Below are positions 25,462 to 35,935 of a stretch of 37,510 nucleotides of DNA, piece by piece (the stretch's first letter is position 1; each line of letters opens with the position of its first letter). The notes under the pieces were generated by a model that was given only the letters and a program-made list of their open reading frames with translations, did no database searches and was not told where the DNA came from. Source of the DNA: a virus (Duplodnaviria; Caudoviricetes); IMG/VR virus record IMGVR_UViG_3300030059_001343, positions 1-37,510 of that record; one strand, 5' to 3'. Both the position numbers and the translations under genes were made by a program.

Positions 25462-28061
25462 TGGCCGAAGTTGTCGTTGGCGACCTTATTAATAGCCCAA
25501 ACCTTCCTAAAATTAATCTGCCTACTCTTGACGCCCCTATGGCAATGCCAGAAAGAGAGCCTCTTAAAATAACTATTGGAGCCCCTTACGAACAAGACGA
25601 CGATGTTGAAGCGAGTTACTTAGCCGCTAGAAAAGATGCTAACGCACCATCAAGTTATGCATGGGAATTGGCGGCTGAAGCTGGCATGGACCCCGGCGAT
25701 GTTGTCCTTGATAAGCCTGTTTATGATTACATCGAAACGCGCACGGAGGGCGACCAACAATTTAAAGTGGGGATTGACCGAGATAACCCAGATAAATCGG
25801 TAATACTTGAAACCTTAGATTTTGCTGAAGATGTTGGAGCCGGGCTTGGCAAGGGCGCGGTCAAAGGCTTGCAAGATGCCGGGACTGAACTTGGCGACTT
25901 TATGACTAATGGATTTTGGTCATCAACAATAACTCCTTGGATGCAAGAAAACGTTCCATATCTTGATGAAGCAAATAAAGCGGCGGCTGAAGCGTTAAAG
26001 CCCGAAGGCACTGTCCAAGAGGTAACGGCGGCTTTTACGGCCCCTATGGCACAGGTTGTTGCCCCCGGCTCAATTTTCACCCGGACATTTCGAGCCGCTG
26101 GAATTTCTACTCGTATTTTAGCTGAAACGCTTGGCTATTCTGCCGCTGAAATAGCCGCTGTTGACCCAAAAGATGCAACGCTTATGGAGCTTGGCCTTCA
26201 GCTTATTGATGATGATCCAGAAATCAAAAACATAGTTGAACAAGCATTTGCCGCTCAAGAGTCCGAAAGCGACTTTATGCAACGAATTAAAAATATGCCT
26301 CGCAAAATTGTTGAGGGTGGAGTGACGGGCGTTATTGCCGAGCGGACATTTGATGCTATTGGCATGGCTTACCGTGCCATGAAAAACAGCCGTGTTGCAA
26401 AAGAAGCGGGACAAAGATTTGCTGAAGGCAAGTCGCCTATCCCTGTCGGCATGAGTATCGAAGATGTTGGTAAAGTCGCCATAGACGATTTTGATTCTTA
26501 CCTTAAAGAAGTTGATCCAAGTAACAAAGTTATCCCTTCTGAAAATCGGCCTAATCTACAAATGGGCGATATGTATGGAATGTTGCCTAAAAATTCTGAA
26601 ATTGTTCAAGAGCTTGATAATGGAGTTACTCTTTATAGAGCGAGCAATGGTGATTATTACGCAACTGCTTATAATCCAGATGTAGGTAGTGAAGATGTTG
26701 TCGGGTATATTCTAGGGCGTGAAAATGGAACTGAGCTTGCTGTTGTCGAAGAAATGCAAGGTAAAGGAATAGGTTCAGAGCTTCAATATATGTTTAGAAG
26801 TGAGAACCCATTTGCTCCTACAAGTGGACTGACAGATGCTGGCAAGCGTAGACTTGAGGAAACATATGACAGGTTGCGTGATGATGGCGTTTTTGAAGTT
26901 GATGAAATAACCGAAAAATTAACAGCAACTGAAAGCCCAATTATAACTGACTTGTCCTTCGGTGCTGTTCCTGCCAGCAACGGTTCGCCAGCAATTACGT
27001 TTAGGCAACAAGAGCTTCCAACTTATATACCATCGACAAGCGGCGGGAAAGTTGGTCCCGGCGACATTGGCCGTTATTGGGATGAAGATTATATTGCAAG
27101 ATATGGGCGGCAGGGCGACCCGACAAATCAAGCAGATATGGACGAAGCCATTGAAAAAGCTTTTTCTGAAGCGAATTTCCAATTAGAGACAATTGACACT
27201 GGGAAAGGTTGGTATGACCAAGATATAAAAGAAACGTGGGACGCGGCTGGAGAAATATTCCCTGAGTTAAACGATGGCCTTGTTATGCCGCCTAATAGGA
27301 ACTCTACAAACTATGCAAATGGGGAAGATGTCTCAGCACACGCTCTACGCATTTTGACGACAGCTATTGCCGCCCCATTAAGCTTTGGCAACCGTCCAAA
27401 ACCAAATTTTAATGCCGCATTAAAGGTGTTAGACGGGTGGATGGCTGACGGGGCTATACCTCATATGAACCCAGAGACTGGCAAGCTTTGGACAATGAGA
27501 AGCGTCTCTAGCGAAAGTTTGCGGTTTTTACAACACATGGTAAACAATTTGGGCGTAGAAGGAACAGCCGAATGGTTAATGTCACCTCACACAATTAAAG
27601 AAATAAGAAATGCGCGTCGTGACGCGGGGGTTTGGAAAGACAGTACAAGCATGAGCGTCCCCGGCAAAATGGACGAACAAAAATTAGGGGCTTTCAGTCT
27701 TGGCCGCAAAGGGGGTCCGTTCTTTTTAAACTTAAATGGGATCGAAGATACGACGGCAGACCTTTGGTTCACTAGAACATGGAATAGGCAGTTTGGCCGA
27801 ATGACATCTCCTAATCTTCCTGCAAATGAAGTCATTTTAAATCAACCTAGAGCTATAGAGCGAGGCATGATGAAAGAATGGAATCAAGAGGTTGCCGCTA
27901 AATTAGGTGAAACAGAGCAAGACAGCCAAGCAATTCTGTGGTACTTTGAACAACAGTTATTTAATTCAATGGGCCAAGCCAGTGCAAAACCAAGCAAATT
28001 TAGCGACGGGGCCAAAGAGTTTAGAGACAAAGGAGAGCGGGGCCGATATGGAAAACGTTGA
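25461..28061 (+). CDS. Multidomain internal virion protein with GNAT-like and HhH-glycosylase-like cargo domains
   Basis: LAVVEEMQGKGIGSEL...SGLTDAG; GKGWY, APLS...P..N, GRKGGPFFLNL.G, TADLWFTRTWNR, QAILWYFEQ. Confidence 0.65.
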   Translation: MAEVVVGDLINSPNLPKINLPTLDAPMAMPEREPLKITIGAPYEQDDDVEASYLAARKDANAPSSYAWELAAEAGMDPGDVVLDKPVYDYIETRTEGDQQFKVGIDRDNPDKSVILETLDFAEDVGAGLGKGAVKGLQDAGTELGDFMTNGFWSSTITPWMQENVPYLDEANKAAAEALKPEGTVQEVTAAFTAPMAQVVAPGSIFTRTFRAAGISTRILAETLGYSAAEIAAVDPKDATLMELGLQLIDDDPEIKNIVEQAFAAQESESDFMQRIKNMPRKIVEGGVTGVIAERTFDAIGMAYRAMKNSRVAKEAGQRFAEGKSPIPVGMSIEDVGKVAIDDFDSYLKEVDPSNKVIPSENRPNLQMGDMYGMLPKNSEIVQELDNGVTLYRASNGDYYATAYNPDVGSEDVVGYILGRENGTELAVVEEMQGKGIGSELQYMFRSENPFAPTSGLTDAGKRRLEETYDRLRDDGVFEVDEITEKLTATESPIITDLSFGAVPASNGSPAITFRQQELPTYIPSTSGGKVGPGDIGRYWDEDYIARYGRQGDPTNQADMDEAIEKAFSEANFQLETIDTGKGWYDQDIKETWDAAGEIFPELNDGLVMPPNRNSTNYANGEDVSAHALRILTTAIAAPLSFGNRPKPNFNAALKVLDGWMADGAIPHMNPETGKLWTMRSVSSESLRFLQHMVNNLGVEGTAEWLMSPHTIKEIRNARRDAGVWKDSTSMSVPGKMDEQKLGAFSLGRKGGPFFLNLNGIEDTTADLWFTRTWNRQFGRMTSPNLPANEVILNQPRAIERGMMKEWNQEVAAKLGETEQDSQAILWYFEQQLFNSMGQASAKPSKFSDGAKEFRDKGERGRYGKR

Positions 28062-28443
28062 AACGACTAATCCTTATTTAATGTTTGGGCGCGTAGAACT
28101 GTTACGCCTTCGGGCAAGCCGTGAGCAATATGCTTTAAAAAAAGCGGCAGATGCGTCTAAAGCACTGCCAATAAAAGTTTTAAATCAAGACGGCGAAGAA
28201 ACAGTAAGCAATTGGTTAGATACAAGGCGAATAAACCTTAATAACAAGATGGTTGGTTTAGCAAAAGACAACGAAGAAACATTCCTTGGCGAAGTCACTA
28301 ACCAAGCGATGCTCGGTGGCAGAACTATTGAGAAAGGTCTAGAATTTATTTCGGGATCGTCGTCTAGGAACAGCCCTAATCGTGGCTTAAAAAAAGCGAT
28401 TAATATAGGGATACAACAGGCTCTTGATGAGGAAAAAGAATAA
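28048..28443 (+). CDS. Hypothetical protein between the ejection genes
   Basis: SD aaggag then ATG 28048; overlaps the upstream stop and is TAATG-coupled downstream. Confidence 0.65.
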   Translation: MENVETTNPYLMFGRVELLRLRASREQYALKKAADASKALPIKVLNQDGEETVSNWLDTRRINLNNKMVGLAKDNEETFLGEVTNQAMLGGRTIEKGLEFISGSSSRNSPNRGLKKAINIGIQQALDEEKE

Positions 28444-31280
28444 TGGCAGTTGACCCACTAGCCCCAGTATCTGACCCAAACCCAACCCCGGCATTACAAC
28501 CGGGGTTTTTTGATGGGCAAATGGCATTAGAAAATGATCTTGTTCCGCAAGAACTAGCGCCCGGCGCTGGGCCTACCCCAGAGCAAGACTACCAAGTTGC
28601 TGGCTGGGGCAAAGCTATTAAGGGCATTAAAGACGCTCAAAAGATTTTAAAAGAGCATGAACGAACCAAAGAGAACCCAGACGATGCGTTTGACCTTGGA
28701 CGACCCCGTAAGCAAGGAAGCAACCCAAGGCTTATTGACGACACGCCCCCTGTAGAAGCTCCAACAGAACCAACCCCGATTAACGTTGATGAAGTTACTG
28801 TCGTTGAGACACCCGGAAAGCAAACGGCGGCGCGTGTCCCTGTAGACCAAGGCCAAGTTGAAGAGGTTGCAGAGGTTTATCAGAGGTTTATTAAAGACAC
28901 GCCTTTTGTCGCGCTAAAAGATTTTAACGTCAACAACCTAACGCAAGAGCAAGACGTTTTGGCTGTTATTGCGGCACAGTCCGAAGTCTATGCAAAGCAA
29001 ATTGACAATAAGACAGGCGGCAAAATCGCTCATCAAGTCACAGAGCAAATGGCTGACTTGGTTGGGTCGTCTCAAGGACGGTTAATGAAAAAATTGCTTG
29101 GGGGTGAAATCCTTTACGGCAAACAACCCGGCGAAGTCGCGGCAAATATGTTAGCGGCCCGTGATTTGTTGTTGGCGTCGTCACAAGAAGCCGACCGTTT
29201 AGCAAAAATAGTTATAACTGGTGACGCGCAAGGCCTTTTAAATGCTGGCTTTAAAAATGCAGACGAAGCCGAATTGGCAATGGAGCGCCAATTCGCTTTA
29301 AATGCGGCTATCCACGCGCAAGTAAAAGGCGCACAGACTGAAATAGCAAGAACACTATCATCATTTAACGTCGGGGCTAGAGGGGATGGTTTGCGTCAAC
29401 AGGCTATTTCAGACGTTTTGAAAAAAGCTGGGTCGGAAATTGGCGCAAGAGAACGAGCTGAAATATATTTAAATATCGAAGACCCAATTGCACGGGCTTA
29501 TTATTTGCGGAATGGAGCGGCGGCAAAAACCTTTGATGCTTTATACGAAGTTTGGATCAACGCTTTACTTTCAAGCCCTGTCACTCACACGGTCAATTTA
29601 TTAGGCAACCTTTTGTTTGCTGGAGGACAAATCCCGACACGGACTATAGCCGGGATGATGGGGCATATGCGACGCCAGCGTACTGGAGCAACGGACGGGG
29701 TTCAGCTAGGGGAAGACGCTGCAATGGCTCTTGGGTTTTATTACTCCGCTATTGATGCTGTTAAAATAGCTGGCAAGGTCTGGATGGACCCAACAAGCGA
29801 AATCGTTACAAAAATGGAGCCGGGTAAGAAATTTAGAGTAAATGCCGCATCTGCCGAAGCTTTCCAAAAAAGTGGCATTGTAGGGCAAGCAATCGATTTT
29901 GCCGGGCATGTAGCAACATTAGGAAGGTTTTCTACTCGCACTCTTGCCGCTGGAGATGTATTATTTAAAGTTGGGGCACAACGGGCTTCTATTTATGCAG
30001 ACGCTCTCCGCCGGGCAGAACGTGGCGGCGAGACTGACCCCACGTTATTCGCCGAGGATGTCGCTGACGGAATTGCAAACCCTTTAATTAAAGACCAAGA
30101 ACGATCCCAAGATTTTGGCCGCTTTATTACATTCCAATCAAAATTAGGAGAAAGTGGCAGACAATTGCAAGGTCTTGCCGCTCACCCTCTTATCCGTTGG
30201 TTCATCCCATTTTTAAAAACGCCAGTAAATATTATAAATCGTGCGTGGGAACACACGCCTTTTAAAATGATGAGTGATGATTACAAACGCGCTATCGCCG
30301 AAGGTGGTGAAGCCTCTGACCTTGCACAGGCAAGAGTAGCTTTAGGGACAACTACTATGGTTGCCGTCGCCGGGTTAGCTCATGCGGGTTATATTACTGG
30401 TGGTGGGCCATCTAATCCAAAGCTTAGAAGAAATTTAGAGCGGCAAGGATGGCAACCATACTCAATTCGGGTGGGGGACACTTACGTTTCATTTAAAAGG
30501 GTTGAACCCTTTGCAACCGTTATAGGGTTAGCCGCTGACTTGACTGAAATTGGTGGCAACGCCAAAGATCAAAAAAGTGTTCAAACTGCGCTTGCCGCAT
30601 TAGGCATGGCGTTTTCTAAAAATGTTACATCTAAAACGTGGATGACAGGCATGGCAAACTTGTTAGAGGCTGTCGAGAACCCCGATAGGTATGGGCCAAA
30701 AGCTGTAGAAGGGTTCATTCGATCTATGGTCCCGCGTATTGTGGCTCAAGGAGAAAAAGGTTACGACCCAGAAAAACGCTATGTGCGCGGACTTGTTGAT
30801 GCGCTTAAACAAGATGTTCCCGGCTGGAGTTCATCAATGCCAGCCGACCTTAATATTTGGGGAGAGCCAATAGTCTATCAATCTGGTGGATGGATTACTG
30901 GCATGATCAACCCATTTTATACAAAGGAATGGAAGCCTAACGATCTTGATGGGGAGCTTGACCGTCTAAAGATAGGCTTTAGTCGCCCACCTGAGACGAT
31001 CCCAAACACAGGCGGCAAACTTTTATTCGATCCTTGGGAGTATCACGACTACGCGGAGTATGCGGGACAAACGGCAAAAGCAAGTCTGGAAGATTTAATT
31101 AAAACGCCGCTTTATAAAAAAAGCAACGACGTAGTACAGCAGATGCGTATTGAGCAAATGTACAGCCAGTCCAAAGCCAAAGCATGGAATTATATGCTTA
31201 CTAAATCCAAATATGGGGAAACTCTACAGGATGTCGTTACTCAAGTTAATATGGAAAAGCTAAAGGAACTTAGAAAATGA
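28443..31280 (+). CDS. Large internal virion protein (gp16-like)
   Basis: INALLSSP.TH.VN, L.AGD..FK, IPFLKTPVNI, ITGGGP......GWQPYSI.VG..Y.SF.R.EP. Confidence 0.85.
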   Translation: MAVDPLAPVSDPNPTPALQPGFFDGQMALENDLVPQELAPGAGPTPEQDYQVAGWGKAIKGIKDAQKILKEHERTKENPDDAFDLGRPRKQGSNPRLIDDTPPVEAPTEPTPINVDEVTVVETPGKQTAARVPVDQGQVEEVAEVYQRFIKDTPFVALKDFNVNNLTQEQDVLAVIAAQSEVYAKQIDNKTGGKIAHQVTEQMADLVGSSQGRLMKKLLGGEILYGKQPGEVAANMLAARDLLLASSQEADRLAKIVITGDAQGLLNAGFKNADEAELAMERQFALNAAIHAQVKGAQTEIARTLSSFNVGARGDGLRQQAISDVLKKAGSEIGARERAEIYLNIEDPIARAYYLRNGAAAKTFDALYEVWINALLSSPVTHTVNLLGNLLFAGGQIPTRTIAGMMGHMRRQRTGATDGVQLGEDAAMALGFYYSAIDAVKIAGKVWMDPTSEIVTKMEPGKKFRVNAASAEAFQKSGIVGQAIDFAGHVATLGRFSTRTLAAGDVLFKVGAQRASIYADALRRAERGGETDPTLFAEDVADGIANPLIKDQERSQDFGRFITFQSKLGESGRQLQGLAAHPLIRWFIPFLKTPVNIINRAWEHTPFKMMSDDYKRAIAEGGEASDLAQARVALGTTTMVAVAGLAHAGYITGGGPSNPKLRRNLERQGWQPYSIRVGDTYVSFKRVEPFATVIGLAADLTEIGGNAKDQKSVQTALAALGMAFSKNVTSKTWMTGMANLLEAVENPDRYGPKAVEGFIRSMVPRIVAQGEKGYDPEKRYVRGLVDALKQDVPGWSSSMPADLNIWGEPIVYQSGGWITGMINPFYTKEWKPNDLDGELDRLKIGFSRPPETIPNTGGKLLFDPWEYHDYAEYAGQTAKASLEDLIKTPLYKKSNDVVQQMRIEQMYSQSKAKAWNYMLTKSKYGETLQDVVTQVNMEKLKELRK

Positions 31281-34138
31281 CCGTTTCATCCACCACGACA
31301 TCCGTCAGCTACACTGGCAACGGAAGCACAACAAATTTTGCGGTTACGTTTCCGTTCCAGAGTACTGGAACGACAGCCGAGCTAACCGTTGTTCAAAGAA
31401 CGATTGCGACGGGCGCTGAAACGACTTTGAGCTATACAACGCACTATACAGTCACAGGTGGCAACGGAACAACTGGAGTTGTAATTGCCGCTAGTGCACC
31501 TGCCAACACAGTTCAGTGGCACTTTAGAAGAAACACGACGACGACACAAACGGTAGATTATGTAACTAACGACCCTTTCCCTGCTGACACACATGAATTA
31601 GCTTTAGATCGTTTGGCAATGGCGGGACAAGAGCGGGACAGCGACATTGCTCAAGCCCTAAAATATTCAAACACATTTACTGGCAGTGCCTCTGTAATTG
31701 TTCCTGAACCTGTCGCAAGTTCTTTTCTTAAATGGAACGCCGCTGGCGATGCGTTAGAAAACTCAACAACAACTGCCGCGCAGTATCTTAGTGGCAATGG
31801 CACTGTAGCCGCTCCATTTTATAGTTATACTTCTGATCCAGACAGTGGGTCTTTTAGAATAGGCGCTAATAATTTGGGCGTTGCTGTAAATGGAGCTAAA
31901 GTTTTAGATGTTGCCACTTCAGGGCTCGGCGTTACGGGGACGTTAACGGCATCAAGCAATATTTCTGGAGTAAATGGCGCATTTTCTGGCGCAGTATCAG
32001 GCACGACTGGTACGTTCTCCGGCATATTAAAAACAGACGATGCGACAGACGCCACTAGTGGCACAGACGGCGCACTACAAACAGACGGTGGTTTGTCTGT
32101 AGTCAAAAAAGCCTTCATAGGCCAAACGTTAAAAGTTATTGGGGTAACAACTCACGGCGGCGATGTAGTTAGTGACACTGACAGCACTGACTCATTAGGG
32201 GCTACTGGGGCCAGATGGTTAAATGTTTGGGCCGATAAAATAAATAATATACTATCACCAACCGCGCAATACACATCGGCTGAAGCGACTAAATTAGCTG
32301 CTATTGAAGCATCTGCTGATGTCACTGATGCAACTAATGTAACGGCTGCTGGCGCGCTAATGGACAGCGAGCTGACTAATATTGCTGCTGTAAAAGCAAT
32401 AAATCAGAGCCTAGTGACAAGTGCTAATCCTACGTTTGGAAATTTAGCCGCGACAAATTTAGACGGTATTGTCGGAGCGTCAACGGCAAGGGCTGGTACG
32501 TTTGCTGGTCTAACTGGGACTGTAATAGAAGCCACGACATCATTAGAACTAGCATCAGGTGCAACAGTAACAGGTTTTGACGCAACCGCTTCATTAGGCT
32601 CAAGCAACACTTTAGTTCCAACTCAGGGAGCAGTTAAGACTTATGTAGACAATGCATTAGCCGCTAGTGCTGTCTGGCAAGATGTTATTTATCTTACAGT
32701 TAGCGATAGTGTCTACTCCCCATCAGCTAGTTTAAACGGTAGGTTTTACGCAGTTGACACAAGCGGAGGTGCGGTAACTATAAATCTACCGCAAATCTCA
32801 GCAGCTGGTAATGCGTGGGCGCTAGGCATTAAAAAGACTACATCTGACACTAACGCTATTACTGTTGTCAGATACAGCGGTGATGAGATAGATGAAATTG
32901 CTGGTAATATAACTATTGGCGTACACAACTCTGGGCGTATATTTTTAGCAGATACCGGAGCTTCTCCAGATAGCTGGACTACCCAACAATTTGGCGCTGT
33001 TGGCGGCAACATGACTGTACAAAACTATACAGTCTCTACTCATTTTACAGCTGGTAGTACAACGGCTCTTACAGTTTCATCCGCACCAGCGTCGGAACAA
33101 AACATCGTTGTCACATTCGATGGCGTGACCCAGCACCACGACACATATGCAATTTCAGGAACGACAGTTACATTCTCAAGTGCAATTCCTACAGGTACAG
33201 CTAACGTAGAAATAAGATGGGGTGGTATTCTAGCTATCAATAGTCCGGGTGATGGAACAGTAACAACAGCTAAATTTGCTGCTGGCCCAGCCAAAGATTT
33301 AAATGCATTGGCCGTAACTAACAGTATTATGTATGTCGGCGATGGCTCAAACATTGTAGCTGAAACAGGAGCAACGCTAAGAACGTCTATTGGTGTAGGC
33401 ACAGGCAATAGTCCACAACTTACAGGCATTGAGCTAGGACATGCTACTGACACAACACTAACAAGAGTAAGCGCAGGAGTTATTGCTGTTGAAGGAGCTA
33501 ATGTTGTTACGGGAGCATCTCCTCAACTTACAGGTATTGAGTTGGGACATGCTACTGACACAACTATAACAAGAATAAGTGCTGGAGTTGCTGCTGTAGA
33601 AGGAGCAGTTATAAAAACTGTTGGTAAGGAAAGCATATGGATACCAGCTGGAGCTATGTATCCAAGTACTACTAACCCTTGTGCTGATTTAGCACAAGTA
33701 GAAACAACTGCATTAAGACCTGATTTAAAAGTATTAGATTTTGCAGCAGCAGCGGATGATTTTGCTCAATTTTCTATAGCTTTTCCTAAATCATGGAACG
33801 AAGGCACAGTAACGTATCAAGCTTTTTGGACAGTAACAGGAACTAATACTGGAACGGTAGTATGGCAACTAGGTGGTATTGCCGTGTCAAGTGATGACAC
33901 TACTAATACAGCATTCGGAACATTAATTGCGAGTACCGCACTGGCTCATAGCGGCACATCAAACGATTTAATGGTTAGTGCGGAAAGCGGGGCCGTTACA
34001 ATAGCAGGAAGTCCGGCTGCAAACGATTTATGTTTTTTCCAGATAAATAACGATGTTTCAGCTTCGGGCCAAACTGGCGTAGTAAGACTATTAGGAATCA
34101 AAGTATTCTTTACTACTGATGCAACAAATGACGCATAA
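31277..34138 (+). CDS. Tail fibre protein (T7 gp17-like N-terminal anchor)
   Basis: MTVSSTT..VSYTGNGSTT.F..TF, Y..NDPFPA.THE.ALDRL; Thr/Gly/Ala-rich modular shaft. Confidence 0.88.
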   Translation: MTVSSTTTSVSYTGNGSTTNFAVTFPFQSTGTTAELTVVQRTIATGAETTLSYTTHYTVTGGNGTTGVVIAASAPANTVQWHFRRNTTTTQTVDYVTNDPFPADTHELALDRLAMAGQERDSDIAQALKYSNTFTGSASVIVPEPVASSFLKWNAAGDALENSTTTAAQYLSGNGTVAAPFYSYTSDPDSGSFRIGANNLGVAVNGAKVLDVATSGLGVTGTLTASSNISGVNGAFSGAVSGTTGTFSGILKTDDATDATSGTDGALQTDGGLSVVKKAFIGQTLKVIGVTTHGGDVVSDTDSTDSLGATGARWLNVWADKINNILSPTAQYTSAEATKLAAIEASADVTDATNVTAAGALMDSELTNIAAVKAINQSLVTSANPTFGNLAATNLDGIVGASTARAGTFAGLTGTVIEATTSLELASGATVTGFDATASLGSSNTLVPTQGAVKTYVDNALAASAVWQDVIYLTVSDSVYSPSASLNGRFYAVDTSGGAVTINLPQISAAGNAWALGIKKTTSDTNAITVVRYSGDEIDEIAGNITIGVHNSGRIFLADTGASPDSWTTQQFGAVGGNMTVQNYTVSTHFTAGSTTALTVSSAPASEQNIVVTFDGVTQHHDTYAISGTTVTFSSAIPTGTANVEIRWGGILAINSPGDGTVTTAKFAAGPAKDLNALAVTNSIMYVGDGSNIVAETGATLRTSIGVGTGNSPQLTGIELGHATDTTLTRVSAGVIAVEGANVVTGASPQLTGIELGHATDTTITRISAGVAAVEGAVIKTVGKESIWIPAGAMYPSTTNPCADLAQVETTALRPDLKVLDFAAAADDFAQFSIAFPKSWNEGTVTYQAFWTVTGTNTGTVVWQLGGIAVSSDDTTNTAFGTLIASTALAHSGTSNDLMVSAESGAVTIAGSPAANDLCFFQINNDVSASGQTGVVRLLGIKVFFTTDATNDA
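33410..33608 (+). repeat. Tandem 108-bp (36-aa) intragenic repeat in the tail fibre
   Basis: SPQLTGIELGHATDTT(L/I)TR(V/I)SAGV(I/A)AVEGA begins at 33410 and 33518. Confidence 0.9.
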
Positions 34139-34154
34139 ATTGTAGAGGTAGGTA

Positions 34155-34955
34155 ATGACAAATTTTGGTTATAACACTTTAGGATTTGGTTCTTTTCCAA
34201 ATCGTGCTGTCACATCTGGCGCAGTTCAATTTCCGGGTGAAACATGTCTTGAGCGGGGTGCGGATTTAACTAACTGTGCGGATAGTCAGTTTTTGACGTA
34301 TAGTTTTTGGTTTCGTTTGGACGCAGGTAATGATGGAGCTTTTCTTTACTCCGCTGGTGAAAATAGATTTTTTATTAAAAATACTGGTTCTGCTGGTTTT
34401 GGTATTGAGGGACGCCAAACGGGGGGTAACACTCGTATCTTGGATTTAAAACATGCATGGGCTACGTTAAACGCTAACAACGCGGATACGACAAACTGGC
34501 ATCATGCTTGCGGTTCGGTGGATACGAGAGCATCTGCTAATAATAACTTCTTTATAGATGATAACCTTGCAAATGGATACCGAAACGGCGCTTTAAATAG
34601 TGGTAATGTGGATTTTACAAACTCTGAACACACAATCGGAGCACTACCATCGTCTGAACCCGGTGGTGCGCGTGTTAACAAGTATCTGTTAATGTCTATC
34701 TATGAATTTTGGATAGGGCATGGTCAGAACTTTCCTTTGACAACTACTTCTAACAGAAGAAAATTTATTAATGCAGATTTAACACCTGTTGGTCTTGGTT
34801 CAGACGGTAGCACACCGACAGGAACCGCGCCTTTAATTTATATGACAGGAACACCTAGTGAATTTGTTAATAATTTAGGGTCAGGCGGTGACTTTTCTGT
34901 AACAGAAGGTGCTTTAGTTGACGTTGGCCCACCAACTAAAGCGAATGCGCCTTAA
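34155..34955 (+). CDS. LamG/concanavalin-like lectin-fold tail-associated protein
   Basis: FGYNTLGFG start, FLTYSFWFR, TNWHHACGSVD, PTGTAPLIY...NNLGSGGDF. Confidence 0.7.
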   Translation: MTNFGYNTLGFGSFPNRAVTSGAVQFPGETCLERGADLTNCADSQFLTYSFWFRLDAGNDGAFLYSAGENRFFIKNTGSAGFGIEGRQTGGNTRILDLKHAWATLNANNADTTNWHHACGSVDTRASANNNFFIDDNLANGYRNGALNSGNVDFTNSEHTIGALPSSEPGGARVNKYLLMSIYEFWIGHGQNFPLTTTSNRRKFINADLTPVGLGSDGSTPTGTAPLIYMTGTPSEFVNNLGSGGDFSVTEGALVDVGPPTKANAP

Positions 34956-34973
34956 AAACATATTTTATATAAT

Positions 34974-35078
34974 ATGAAAACAACAATAAATCGTCTGAAA
35001 CAATGGTACAAAATTAAGCTGGATGGGCCTCCTGCTCCCAAATATTTATCAGGTAAAAAGACATTAAAAGCTAATTAG
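34974..35078 (+). CDS. Possible 34-aa micro-ORF; not in ORF track
   Basis: MKTTINRLKQWYKIKLDGPPAPKYLSGKKTLKAN* fills the gap; no clear SD. Confidence 0.35.
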   Translation: MKTTINRLKQWYKIKLDGPPAPKYLSGKKTLKAN

Positions 35079-35088
35079 GAGAATTTAA

Positions 35089-35922
35089 ATGGCAACAACA
35101 GAAGTAACAGCAGGTGTTATAAAAGACGGTAATGTTACGACCGCAAAAATAGCAGATGATGCTGTTACGTATGCTAAAATGCAGCACACGGCTACAGCTA
35201 ACAGAGTGCTGGGTGCAACAGGTGCTGGAGTTATTGGCGAAACACAAGTTGTCGAAGCAATGATCGGGAACGATGCAGTCGGTTTAACGCAGATGAAAGC
35301 CGGGGTTGACGGAAATATCATTAGTTATGATGCGTCTGGGAATCCGGTAGCGATTGCCACTGGCAATGACGGGCAAGTATTAACTAGTGCTGGTGCTGGT
35401 GCTCCCCCTGCTTTTGAAGATGCTGGTGGTGGCGGGCTTTGGAAGTTTAGTTCAAGCGGTACTATTGATGCTAATTTTTTTCAAGTAATGGGTTTCTCAA
35501 CAGACATAAGAATTGAAGTTGATGCTACTACTACTACTGATGGGCTAAATCCAACCATACTTTTCTCAACAGATGGAACAAATTTTTTAACCAGCAATTA
35601 CGCATATCAAGTTATACATATGACTGGTGGAACTTTTGATAACACTTATAGTAACTCAGCAGCGGGTGGAGTTCTTACTGGTGGTGGAATTGGGTCTGCT
35701 TCAGGCGAAAGTTTTTGTTGGGTTTTTGAAACAATGGACGCACCAAACACTGCAACTTTTATAAAAACTAGAACTTGGATGAGTTTTGACCATCAAGGTG
35801 GTGCTGGTTCATGGACTACCGGAAATATTGGAAATAAAGCGGCAAATAATCTTAACGGTGTAAAAATTTCTGGTGCAGGGTTAGATGGCACTTACAAAAT
35901 TTGGACAAAAGTAACTTCTTAA
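35089..35922 (+). CDS. Second, short tail fibre/receptor-binding protein
   Basis: VTTAKIADDAVTYAKMQ repeats, GQVLTSAGAGAPPAFE.AGGG hinge, variable C-terminal domain. Confidence 0.75.
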   Translation: MATTEVTAGVIKDGNVTTAKIADDAVTYAKMQHTATANRVLGATGAGVIGETQVVEAMIGNDAVGLTQMKAGVDGNIISYDASGNPVAIATGNDGQVLTSAGAGAPPAFEDAGGGGLWKFSSSGTIDANFFQVMGFSTDIRIEVDATTTTDGLNPTILFSTDGTNFLTSNYAYQVIHMTGGTFDNTYSNSAAGGVLTGGGIGSASGESFCWVFETMDAPNTATFIKTRTWMSFDHQGGAGSWTTGNIGNKAANNLNGVKISGAGLDGTYKIWTKVTS

Positions 35923-35935
35923 AAGGATTTTAAAA

